A stretch of DNA of 32,000 nucleotides from Sedimentisphaera cyanobacteriorum (GTDB taxonomy: Bacteria > Planctomycetota > Phycisphaerae > Sedimentisphaerales > Sedimentisphaeraceae): contig NZ_CP019633.1 in NCBI RefSeq assembly GCF_001997385.1, positions 1,200,001 through 1,232,000 on the forward strand, read 5' to 3'. Made by a program: the position numbers and the translations under genes. Below, piece by piece: positions 16,357 to 24,330 of the stretch (position 1 is the stretch's first letter; every line of letters starts with the position of its first letter). The notes under the pieces are model-generated. The model was not told the origin of the DNA. It searched no databases and worked only from the letters and a program-made list of their open reading frames with translations.

Positions 16357-18039
16357 TCACACCTTCGTTACACGAAGCATTTCTTCTACAGTCGTCTCGC
16401 CGGCATCGAGATACCTCTGCACGTCTTCTCTCAAGCTTCTCATACCTTCTTTTTTCGCCTGAGCCTTTATGTCTGTAACAGAGGCGTTTTCCATCAGAAG
16501 AGCCCGTATATCATCGCTCACAACAAGCTGCTCGAAAATCCCCGCCCTGCCTCTGTAGCCTGTGCCCTGGCAGTTTCTGCATCCTGCCCCGCGGTAGAGC
16601 GTTTCGGGGATGATGATTCCGTATTTATCCCTCAAATTCTGCGTTTCATTCGCATCTATTTCCTGTTTGCAGTATGGGCATATCTTCCTGAGAAGCCTTT
16701 GGGCAAGCACGGCCTCCAGCGAAGAGGCCACAAGATACGGCTCAACGCCCATATCCACGAGCCTTGTAAGGGCTCCGGAAGAATCGTTTGTATGGAGCGT
16801 GCTGAATACAAGGTGGCCTGTGAGAGATGCCTGAACTGCGATTCTCGCTGTCTCAAGGTCTCGTATTTCACCCACGAGAATCACATCGGGGTCGTGTCGC
16901 AGGATTGAACGCAAACCCGCTGCAAAGGTAAGCCCTCGCTTATTGGAAACCTGTATCTGATTCACGCCGTAAAGCTGATACTCGATCGGGTCTTCTATTG
17001 TTATAATCTTCCGTTCCAGATCGTTTATCTTTGAAAGAGCGGCGTAGAGAGTTGTAGTTTTTCCGCTGCCGGTAGGGCCGGTAACGAGGATAATCCCGTG
17101 CGGCTTTGTGATTACATCTGAAAAGATGTCCCTGTCTTGGGCATTCATCCCGATATTCTCAAGCCCAAGCAGCATTGATGAGCAGTCCAGAAGCCTCAAA
17201 ACCACCGCCTCCCCGTAAAGCATCGGGATAATCGAAACACGGATATCCACCTCTTTGCCTGAAAGCAGAACCTTTATCCTGCCGTCCTGAGGGATTCGCT
17301 TTTCAGCAATATCCAGATTGCTGAGAATTTTTATGCGGGAAACAATCGCCGCCTGAAACTGCTTTACCTCAGGAGGCACCGATGCCCCCTGAAGAACCCC
17401 ATCCACGCGGTATCTCACACGCAGCTCATCCTCAAACGGCTCGATGTGCACATCTGTTGCCCTTTTCTCTATGGCTTCTGTGAGCAGCTGATTCACAAAG
17501 CGGATAATCGATGCCCCTTCAGCCTCGTCTTCAAGATCAATATCCTGCTGCTCGATTTCGCTGAGTATCTTAAGCCCGCTGGTCTCAGCCTCATCCACCA
17601 TAGTCTGGATTGTATCTGCCCCGAGGCCGAGATGAGTTTTGATGAAGCGGTCTATATCAGACCTGCAGCAAAGGGCAATCGGGCAGTCCAGCCCGGTTGA
17701 GATGCGAAGCTGATCGATCCCCCTGCTGCTGAATGGGTCGCTCACGGCAATATGCAGCCTCCCGTCAATCTCTACAGGAGCAATGCAGTGTTCAAGAAGC
17801 AGCCTTGCAGGAAATTTGGCAAGCATATCTCGGGAAGGCAGGAAGCTTTCAAGCGAGCTCAAGTATTCACAGCCGATAATCTCGGCCAGCGATTCGAGAA
17901 GACTCGGCTCGTCCAAATCCGTATTCGAGCTCACAGCCTCCATAAGGCTGTTGTTTTTGGATATGGATTCATCAACAGCAAGAGCCTGAGATGCACTTAT
18001 CAGGCTCTTTTCCTGCAATTTCTGCGACAAAAAACTCAT
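16357..18039 (-). CDS. gspE: Secretion ATPase GspE
   Basis: Walker A GPTGSGKTTT, Asp box/Walker B region DVILVGEIRD, His box TGHLVFSTLHTND, and tetracysteine CPYC...CRNC. There is an N-terminal GspE_N-like domain. ATG 18039 (MSFLSQK) is two codons inside the track TTG start at 18045, and either is possible. Confidence 0.9.
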   Translation of the reverse strand: MSFLSQKLQEKSLISASQALAVDESISKNNSLMEAVSSNTDLDEPSLLESLAEIIGCEYLSSLESFLPSRDMLAKFPARLLLEHCIAPVEIDGRLHIAVSDPFSSRGIDQLRISTGLDCPIALCCRSDIDRFIKTHLGLGADTIQTMVDEAETSGLKILSEIEQQDIDLEDEAEGASIIRFVNQLLTEAIEKRATDVHIEPFEDELRVRYRVDGVLQGASVPPEVKQFQAAIVSRIKILSNLDIAEKRIPQDGRIKVLLSGKEVDIRVSIIPMLYGEAVVLRLLDCSSMLLGLENIGMNAQDRDIFSDVITKPHGIILVTGPTGSGKTTTLYAALSKINDLERKIITIEDPIEYQLYGVNQIQVSNKRGLTFAAGLRSILRHDPDVILVGEIRDLETARIAVQASLTGHLVFSTLHTNDSSGALTRLVDMGVEPYLVASSLEAVLAQRLLRKICPYCKQEIDANETQNLRDKYGIIIPETLYRGAGCRNCQGTGYRGRAGIFEQLVVSDDIRALLMENASVTDIKAQAKKEGMRSLREDVQRYLDAGETTVEEMLRVTKV

Positions 18040-18125
18040 TGGCAATCAATCCGGAAAAATGTTTATATATTATTTAAGTACCGGCCGGAAATCATTACGG
18101 CCGATTGACAATTCAGCTTGCAGAA

Positions 18126-18665
18126 CTACTTGAGAAGCCCCATAGACACCATCTGAGCCTCCTGGACTACGGTGAGAATCTCTTTGAGCTTTTTCTGCGC
18201 CTCAAGAAGCTTCTGCTGCTCCTTTGCCCTTGCAGCACGCAGCTCGCTGAGCTCTTTTTTGATTTCATCAATATCAGGTTCTTCTTTTTCAAGAGCAGCT
18301 TCAAGCTCTGCGGCCTCTTTTCTTGAACCCTCAAGGTCTTCAGCGTTTCTTTCAGGGCCTCTTCTTCTGAAAACATTGACCATCCCTCTGTTTGCCCCAA
18401 ATTCATCTTTCTGCTTGAGCTCCATCACCGTTTCAACACGCGGCTTTACAACAGCCCATTCATCATCGCTCACAGAGAGTCTGTCTTGGATTGCAGTCAT
18501 AATACGCTGCTGCACCATCTTGCGCATCTCGTCCATATCACGTCTGGGTCTTCTGTCTCTGTCCGGCCTTGCCCTGCCTCTGTTTTCACGGTCTCCTTCA
18601 GCAGCTAACAGCCCGCCGGATAAAACTGCAAAAAGCAGCATTGTAAAAAGCAATTTGTTTCTCAT
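18126..18665 (-). CDS. Secreted charged helical protein, possibly Spy/CpxP (LTxxQ) family
   Basis: Signal peptide MRNKLLFTMLLFAVLSGGLLAAEG. An Arg/Asp-rich stretch is followed by long E/K-rich helices. LKEILTVVQEAQ contains an LTxxQ-type motif. It has the same orientation as gspE and lies 80 nt upstream of it. The family call is weak. Confidence 0.45.
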   Translation of the reverse strand: MRNKLLFTMLLFAVLSGGLLAAEGDRENRGRARPDRDRRPRRDMDEMRKMVQQRIMTAIQDRLSVSDDEWAVVKPRVETVMELKQKDEFGANRGMVNVFRRRGPERNAEDLEGSRKEAAELEAALEKEEPDIDEIKKELSELRAARAKEQQKLLEAQKKLKEILTVVQEAQMVSMGLLK

Positions 18666-18849
18666 TTTTCAGTCCTTTTTAACTAAAATTATATTTACGG
18701 ATTGTATTCATAATAAATTTGTTGAATTATTAGACGTTTCAAAAGCACAGCATATTTCAAAAGCTAATAATAATATCATTTTTTTTCAAGACTCTTCTAA
18801 TTTTTTATTTTTTTGTTACATTTAAGCCTCTACAAGCGTAATAGAGGGT

Positions 18850-18861
18850 GAAGTCGACTTC
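18850..18861. promoter_or_regulatory. Perfect 12-bp palindrome in the leader of the 313-aa/ECF module
   Basis: GAAGTCGACTTC lies 54 nt upstream of ATG 18915, directly after the hairpin CCTCTA (18827-18832) / TAGAGG (18842-18847). Confidence 0.3.
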
Positions 18862-18914
18862 CGGAAAGACGGTACTAAATTTAACTAATAATAACTTACC
18901 GAAAGGGAATTAAA

Positions 18915-19856
18915 ATGAAAAAAATATTAACCCCTATTATACTGATTGCGTTTATCTGCTCAGCTGCCGCAGCAGCAAATCTGAAAATGAATCACATCCC
19001 CTCGGATTCCAAATGGGTTTTTCACTGGAATTCAGATCAATTCAGCGAAACCAAATACTGGGATCTTGCTAAAGACGACATACCTGCAGACAAAATGGAA
19101 GATATTCAATGGCTCTCTGATTTTCTCGGCTATGATGTTCTCGAACAGACACACGGGATAACTCTTTACGGCCCAGACGCCAAAAAGCAGAACGGCGTTT
19201 TAATGGTTTATGGAGAATTCGACAAGCCTCATGTGATTTCCGGGCTCAAAGAAAACGAAGAGTATGCCCAGGAGCTTTACAGAAGCGAGATAATTCATCA
19301 GTGGAGAGACCCCAAAGACAACAGGCTGAAATCCGGAATTTTTGCAGACCCGCAGCAAGTTGTTGTTTCAGAAAACAAAAAGGCTCTAAAGAAATTTATC
19401 GATATGAAGGCTGGAGATCAGGAGAGCCTAAAATCGGACAGCTCTTATTCATTAAGCTCTCTGCTTGAAGCAGCAAACGATGATGCATTTATGATAATCG
19501 GAGTAACCCAAATCAGCAATCTTAAAAAATTCGGCAAGAACAATGCTATTTTCAACAACTCCAGTATGCTCGCAGTGGTCAGCGGTGAGAAAAGCGGAAA
19601 AACCTACATCGATATAGACCTTACAGCGAAGGACGAGGAATCCGCAGAGCAGGTTGAGAAGATGATCTCTGGAATTAAGGCGTTCTTAATGCTGAAAAGC
19701 AAGAACAACGATGAAACACTGTCCATTCTCGAAAATACCACACTCAAGCAGGATAAAAACCAGCTCTTTATGAGCGTTGAGATCCCCTCTGAGAAGGTTT
19801 ATAAAGCCATCAAAAAACACGCAGAAAGAGAAAAATCCAAGGACTCTGAAAAGTAA
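18915..19856 (+). CDS. Secreted protein of unknown function (313 aa)
   Basis: Signal peptide MKKILTPIILIAFICSAAAAA|NL, with RBS AAAGGGAA upstream. I recognise no motif. It ends 15 nt before the ECF sigma start. Confidence 0.7.
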   Translation: MKKILTPIILIAFICSAAAAANLKMNHIPSDSKWVFHWNSDQFSETKYWDLAKDDIPADKMEDIQWLSDFLGYDVLEQTHGITLYGPDAKKQNGVLMVYGEFDKPHVISGLKENEEYAQELYRSEIIHQWRDPKDNRLKSGIFADPQQVVVSENKKALKKFIDMKAGDQESLKSDSSYSLSSLLEAANDDAFMIIGVTQISNLKKFGKNNAIFNNSSMLAVVSGEKSGKTYIDIDLTAKDEESAEQVEKMISGIKAFLMLKSKNNDETLSILENTTLKQDKNQLFMSVEIPSEKVYKAIKKHAEREKSKDSEK

Positions 19857-19871
19857 ATTCTTTTTTTATAA

Positions 19872-20468
19872 ATGCACAATAACCTAAAAAACTTTGGCGA
19901 CAGCACACTTGCCCGGTTCGCCTCTAACGGCAACCGGGCAGCTTTCGATGAGCTTGCAGCCAGATTTACCGGACAGCTGCTTATATTCGCTTCATCGAAA
20001 ACAAATAATTATCACGATGCCGAGGATATTGTGCAGGAAACGATGATGAAGGCCTACAAAAATATAGAAAATTTTAACTGCAAAAGCAGCTTTAAGACTT
20101 GGATATTCACAATTGCATACAGAACTCTTGTTTCGAATGCGAGAAAAATGAGGCCGGCTCTGCTGAACGAAGAATCTCAGCAGAATTTGGAAATTATCGA
20201 AGAAAATGATGAAGACTTCGGATGGGTATGGGAAATAGCCAGAAAGCTCGGACAAGAAAGCTTTACAGTTTTATGGCTCAAATACAAGCAGGAGATGAGC
20301 ATATCTCAGATAGCCAAGGTGATCGGCAAAACAAACGCAGCTGCAAGAGTTATGCTTTACCGGTCTCGAAAGAAAATGGCTAAAAAGCTGTATCTTGAGC
20401 GTGAGAACAGGCAAAACAGTTTTTTTAGATCAGATGAAGGGATGAGCTTTGAAAGGGCAAAATTATGA
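19872..20468 (+). CDS. ECF-type RNA polymerase sigma factor (sigma-70 family, regions 2 and 4)
   Basis: Region 2 is DAEDIVQETMMKAYKNIENF...FKTWIFTIAYR. Region 4 helix-turn-helix is MSISQIAKVIGKTNAAARVMLYRSRKKM. Confidence 0.85.
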   Translation: MHNNLKNFGDSTLARFASNGNRAAFDELAARFTGQLLIFASSKTNNYHDAEDIVQETMMKAYKNIENFNCKSSFKTWIFTIAYRTLVSNARKMRPALLNEESQQNLEIIEENDEDFGWVWEIARKLGQESFTVLWLKYKQEMSISQIAKVIGKTNAAARVMLYRSRKKMAKKLYLERENRQNSFFRSDEGMSFERAKL

Positions 20469-20965
20469 AAATTAAGCTTTTCAGCTTTATGAAAACCTAT
20501 GAAAATCTTAACAATCCCAGAAGGCTCAATTCCAAAGAGTTTGATGAGATAATGAAAAGCAGCGTTCTTGATGTTTCTGAAAACAATAAAGAAAAGGTTT
20601 ATCAAAAAGTGTCAGGAAAGCTGGATGAAATTGACAGAATAAAAAGCAGAGAATCTGCCGGCAAGAGCTATTTAAGGCTAATATTAGCATCCTCTGCAGC
20701 GGCAGGGATTTTACTGCTGGCCGGGGTCTTTTTAATTTATTCTAACTCTAACAGTCCAAAGAAGTCCGCTAACTCTTACAGTGAAACAGAGCAGATGAAT
20801 TTCAGCACAGCACTTCCCGAGATAAATAATTTTGCTCCGGAGACAATGCTTGAAAGGGAAGTTGAGAATATTGAAAAAGACATTAGAAGCGGGATAGATT
20901 TCCTTCAAAGCTGTATGCCCCAAGGAGTAAATCAATCTAACAGCAGCACAGATTCAGAAACCTAA
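20465..20965 (+). CDS. Single-pass membrane protein, candidate anti-sigma factor
   Basis: ATGA overlap with the sigma-factor stop. There is one TM segment (LRLILASSAAAGILLLAGVFLIY) between a ~70-aa cytoplasmic part and a ~70-aa external part. No HxxxCxxC zinc motif is present. The assignment is by position only. Confidence 0.5.
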   Translation: MKIKLFSFMKTYENLNNPRRLNSKEFDEIMKSSVLDVSENNKEKVYQKVSGKLDEIDRIKSRESAGKSYLRLILASSAAAGILLLAGVFLIYSNSNSPKKSANSYSETEQMNFSTALPEINNFAPETMLEREVENIEKDIRSGIDFLQSCMPQGVNQSNSSTDSET

Positions 20966-20998
20966 AAAGCCTATTTTAATAAAACCTACTTACCGCAG

Positions 20999-22027
20999 CT
21001 ATTCGAAGAGCGGCTGGTTGTTTGGAGCTTGAGGAGATATGCCCAAATGAGAATAGGCAAAAGGGGTTGCCTCTCTGCCCCGCTTCGTTCTTCTGAGAAA
21101 CCCTTCCTGCAAGAGATACGGCTCAACAACATCCTCCAGCGTGTCCCTTTCCTCGCCCAGAGTAGCAGCGAGCGCCTCAATACCGGCGGGTCCTCCGCCG
21201 TAAACTGAGATAAGCGATCTGAGAAAGCTTCTGTCCAAGCGGTCTAATCCGCAGGAGTCTATACGCTCCATTTCAAGCGATTTATTAACGATTTCAGTGG
21301 TCAGCTCGCCCGTGCCCTTAACCTGAGCATAATCACGAACTCGTTTCAAGAGCCGGTTTGCTATCCTCGGAGTTCGCCTGCTCCTGGCAGCTATGAGCCT
21401 GATAGCCTCATCTGAGCCCTTGAGCCCGAGCATATCCGCAGACCGGCTTACAATCTCAGCAAGCTCTTCAACCTTGTAGTACTCCAAATGGTACAGCATA
21501 CCAAATCGGCTTCTAAGCGGGGAACTCAAAAGCCCTGCCCGAGTTGTAGCCCCGATTAGGGTAAAGCGTTTGAGCGGAAAGTTTATCGTTTTGGCGTGCA
21601 GGCCGCTGTCAACCGTGAAATCCACCTTGAAATCTTCCATCGCAGGATAAATAAACTCCTCCACAGCAGAATTTAGGCGGTGTATCTCGTCTATAAACAC
21701 GATATCGCCGGTATTTACATTGCTCAGAAGCCCCATTATATCGCCCTGCTTGGCAAGAGCGGGCCCTGAAGTAACGCGTATGGCCGCATTCATCTCTCGG
21801 GCTATAATGTTGGCGAAAGTGGTTTTGCCGAGCCCGGGAGGCCCGTAAAACAGTATATGCTCAAGCGGTTCATCTCTCTTATTTGCCGCCTCTACAGCAA
21901 TCCGAAGCTTCTCACGCACATTCTCCTGCCCGATGCACTCTGAAAGACTCTGAGGGCGAAGGGCAGCATTAAAGCTGTTTTCTGCGGGATTTTTCTCTTC
22001 TGCGCTTAAAACTCTCTCTATAGCCAT
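20999..22027 (-). CDS. ruvB: Holliday junction branch-migration helicase RuvB
   Basis: LRPQSLSECIGQENV..., Walker A GPPGLGKTT, Walker B FIDEIHRL, and TLIGATTRAGLLSSPLRSRFG. The protein is colinear with RuvB over its full length of 342 aa. Confidence 0.95.
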   Translation of the reverse strand: MAIERVLSAEEKNPAENSFNAALRPQSLSECIGQENVREKLRIAVEAANKRDEPLEHILFYGPPGLGKTTFANIIAREMNAAIRVTSGPALAKQGDIMGLLSNVNTGDIVFIDEIHRLNSAVEEFIYPAMEDFKVDFTVDSGLHAKTINFPLKRFTLIGATTRAGLLSSPLRSRFGMLYHLEYYKVEELAEIVSRSADMLGLKGSDEAIRLIAARSRRTPRIANRLLKRVRDYAQVKGTGELTTEIVNKSLEMERIDSCGLDRLDRSFLRSLISVYGGGPAGIEALAATLGEERDTLEDVVEPYLLQEGFLRRTKRGREATPFAYSHLGISPQAPNNQPLFE

Positions 22028-22084
22028 CTGATTCCTGACAAAATTGTTTCTCTCTTTAATTGCCGCATAATCGGCGTGCTGATA

Positions 22085-22112
22085 ATTATAACTCCCAGAG
22101 GTATTATTTCAA
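22085..22112 (-). promoter_or_regulatory. Sigma-70-like promoter for ruvB
   Basis: On the minus strand: TTGAAA (22112-22107), a 16-nt spacer, then TATAAT (22090-22085). AGGAA lies 5 nt before ATG 22027. Confidence 0.5.
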
Positions 22113-22138
22113 AGCGTTTCGCAAGGAAATCGGCGCAT

Positions 22139-22170
22139 AAAAAATCTCGGGTCTGAGGCAAACCCGAGAT
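22139..22170 (-). terminator. Rho-independent terminator after the sulfatase gene (symmetric, T-rich on both sides)
   Basis: ATCTCGGGT (22144-22152) pairs with ACCCGAGAT (22162-22170) as a 9-bp stem with a 9-nt loop. On the minus strand TTTTTAT follows; on the plus strand TTGTTTG follows. Confidence 0.8.
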
Positions 22171-22184
22171 TTGTTTGTACTTCG

Positions 22185-23864
22185 TTATTTATTGCCTCTG
22201 GACTGAGCCTTCGTTCGCACTTTCCATCTTTGCCACTCATTTGAAAGCGTTTTCACAAGCTCGGGATGCTTATCCGCCACGTCTTCAGTTTCGCAGGGGT
22301 CTTTCTCAATATCATAAAGCTCCCATTCTATCGGCTCAGGGAATCGTTTGCCCCAAACCATCTTCCACTTGCCCTTAATTATTGCTCTGGCCTTCTGATG
22401 GTTGTAGCAGAGCGTACGCGGCTCAAGCTTTCCGCCGGGCTCGAAGGTTTTCGTAAGGCTCACGCCCTCCATCGGCTGAATCCGGCTGCCGTTATAAACC
22501 CTTGGATACTTCGCCTTGGCCACATCGAGCAGAGTGGGCATAACGTCAATAATATGCGTGTAATCACGAACCCAGCGGTCTGTTGAATTCAGCCCGGCAG
22601 GCCAGTGAACGATAAACGGCGTTACAATTCCGCCCTGATGCGTGAAATGCTTGTAGAGCCTGAAGGGAGTGTTGCACATATTCGCCCAGGCAGAGCCGTA
22701 TGCGTGGTGAGTTCCAGGCCCGCCCATTTTCTTGAGCTCCTCGCCCTTATGGAGCTTTGTTATACCAGCACGTGAGCGGCCGTCGAAGCCGAAAGGACCC
22801 CATTCATAGCAGGCGCCGTTGTCAGAGAGGATCATTATTACAGTATTCTCATACTCGCCCTGAGCTTTAAGCTTCTCAACAATCTTACCGATTCCGTCGT
22901 CAACGTGCTTAACCATAGCAGCATATACAGCCATCCTGTGGGCAAGGTCTTCCCGGCGGTCTTCAGGCAGCGAGTCCCAAGACGGGTTCGGCTCTCCCGA
23001 ATAGCCGTTTGCGATCTTGTTGTTATTTTCAACCGGCACAAGCGAGCGGTCTGTGAGCTTCCAGCCTTCGTGATTAAACAGCCCTACATCCTTCTGCCTT
23101 TCGAATCTCTTCTTCCTAAGCTTATCCCAGCCCTTGCGGTATGTATCAAGCAGCGGCTTTACAGACTCATAAGGAGCCTGTACTGGAAAATGAGGCGAGG
23201 AATGAGCGAGATACATAAACCAAGGCTTGTCCTTTTTCTTGGCCTGATCGAGAAATTCGAGTGTATAGTCGTTGAAGGCGTCAGTAGCGTAGAAATTCTC
23301 TTTATCGTAAGTAATTTCCGGCTTGCGTCCTTCCGGAAGGCGGTGATATCTGTCCGGTTCCCACTGGTCCTGAGCGTAGCCTCTGTAATAGCCGTAAAAT
23401 TCATCAAAGCCGCGGTCTGTCGGGCGTGTGCCTTCCTTTGCTCCAACGTGCCATTTGCCAACGTGATAGGTCTGATAGCCGTTCTTCCCGAGAGCCTCAC
23501 CGAGCGTTACGCAGCTGTCAACGAGTGAGCCGCCGAAATTCGGTATGCCTGTCTGTCCCGGGTGCAGCCCTGTGAGCAGGCTCGCCCTCGATGGGCAGCA
23601 TCGTGCGGAATTGGTCATATGCGTATAGCGAAGCCCGCCATCTGCAAGCTTGTCGATATTTGGCGTTGGAACTTCACCACCGTAGCAGCCAAGGTCGCTG
23701 TAGCCAAGATCGTCAAACAATACCAAAAGAATATTCGGCCTTTTGACGGCCTGATCCGCCCCTGATATGTTTGCAGAATTAGCGCCGAAAGAATTAATAT
23801 ACCCGGCAAAAGGAGCAGCCGCTGCTGCAAAACCGGCCTTCTGCAAAAATTTCCTGCGATTCAT
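22185..23864 (-). CDS. Sulfatase (formylglycine-dependent arylsulfatase family) with Tat signal
   Basis: Twin-arginine signal MNRRKFLQKAGFAAAAAPFAG. The active-site motif SARCCPSRASLLTG carries C-x-P-x-R. Also present are LFDDLGYSD and GKWHVG. Confidence 0.9.
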   Translation of the reverse strand: MNRRKFLQKAGFAAAAAPFAGYINSFGANSANISGADQAVKRPNILLVLFDDLGYSDLGCYGGEVPTPNIDKLADGGLRYTHMTNSARCCPSRASLLTGLHPGQTGIPNFGGSLVDSCVTLGEALGKNGYQTYHVGKWHVGAKEGTRPTDRGFDEFYGYYRGYAQDQWEPDRYHRLPEGRKPEITYDKENFYATDAFNDYTLEFLDQAKKKDKPWFMYLAHSSPHFPVQAPYESVKPLLDTYRKGWDKLRKKRFERQKDVGLFNHEGWKLTDRSLVPVENNNKIANGYSGEPNPSWDSLPEDRREDLAHRMAVYAAMVKHVDDGIGKIVEKLKAQGEYENTVIMILSDNGACYEWGPFGFDGRSRAGITKLHKGEELKKMGGPGTHHAYGSAWANMCNTPFRLYKHFTHQGGIVTPFIVHWPAGLNSTDRWVRDYTHIIDVMPTLLDVAKAKYPRVYNGSRIQPMEGVSLTKTFEPGGKLEPRTLCYNHQKARAIIKGKWKMVWGKRFPEPIEWELYDIEKDPCETEDVADKHPELVKTLSNEWQRWKVRTKAQSRGNK

Positions 23865-23988
23865 ATATCCTCCGAAAAGTCTAAATCTTGTTTCGTAAAC
23901 CCGCCCAAAAAAGCGGCCTTATATCAAAATAGCAGTTTGAGGAAGATTTTTACAAAAAATACAGGATTGTTTCGGATTTTCCGTTAAA

Positions 23989-24243
23989 TCAGGGCTTATT
24001 TTCAGAATCGCCGCCGGAATCATCGTCATCTTCTCTGCCGCGTTTGAGGACAATATAAAGCTGAAGGGCAAAGCCGGCAAGTGCGCCAATAATTATAAAG
24101 CCCGGTTCAGTATTTTGGATTCTATCAAGAAGTGAACCGAGAAATGCACCTAACATCATCAGAACTGCATACTCTATGCCCACAGTTACCCAGCGGTAGT
24201 AATCGCCCTGACTGTCGCTGTTTTTGTCCTTTTCTTCTTTCAT
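23989..24243 (-). CDS. Small two-TM protein, AtpZ/AtpI-like
   Basis: WVTVGIEYAVLMMLGAFLGSLLDRIQNTEPGFIIIGALAGFALQLYIVLKRG follows the G-x-E...G-x-x-L-G-x-x-L-D...P...G-x-x-G pattern I recall for the AtpZ/AtpI (ATPase_gene1) family. The tail is acidic. No atp genes are nearby. Confidence 0.45.
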   Translation of the reverse strand: MKEEKDKNSDSQGDYYRWVTVGIEYAVLMMLGAFLGSLLDRIQNTEPGFIIIGALAGFALQLYIVLKRGREDDDDSGGDSENKP

Positions 24244-24257
24244 AAATCATCCAAATG

Positions 24258-24302
24258 AAAAACAGTGCACCGCCTAAGCCTTACCAGCCGGCAGATGCAC
24301 TG
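24258..24302 (-). terminator. Possible terminator after the HEAT-repeat gene
   Basis: On the minus strand, CAGTGCA (24302-24296) pairs with TGCACTG (24269-24263) as a 7-bp stem, followed by TTTTTC. The 26-nt loop is unusually long. Confidence 0.4.
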
Positions 24303-24330
24303 CTTCAAATTCCTGTAATTCTGGTTTAGC

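Noticed and set aside
18082-18103. CGGCCG / CGGCCG hairpin between the Spy-like gene and gspE as a terminator
   Set aside because: It has only 6 bp and a 10-nt loop, and it is followed on the minus strand by A/T-mixed sequence without a U-tract. It more likely allows read-through.
18172-18825. 217-aa plus-strand ORF, the longest unassigned ORF in the track
   Set aside because: It is antisense to the signal-peptide, E/K/R-rich protein at 18126-18665. Its Ser/Leu/Phe-rich low-complexity translation is the expected mirror of GAA/AAG/CGN codons. It has no RBS and would run across the divergent promoter region.
20966-20998. 33-bp convergent gap between the anti-sigma candidate and ruvB as a bidirectional terminator
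   Set aside because: I could find no stem-loop in this spacer. Termination signals, if any, must lie within the coding sequences.
22905-23528. 207-aa plus-strand ORF, plus other internal ORFs in the sulfatase, epimerase (26599-27174, 26630-26956) and radical-SAM (1075-1533) genes
   Set aside because: All lie inside genes whose alternative frame carries unambiguous family motifs (CxPxR sulfatase site, GGAGFIGSH/YxxxK, CxxxCxxC). I treat them as frame shadows.
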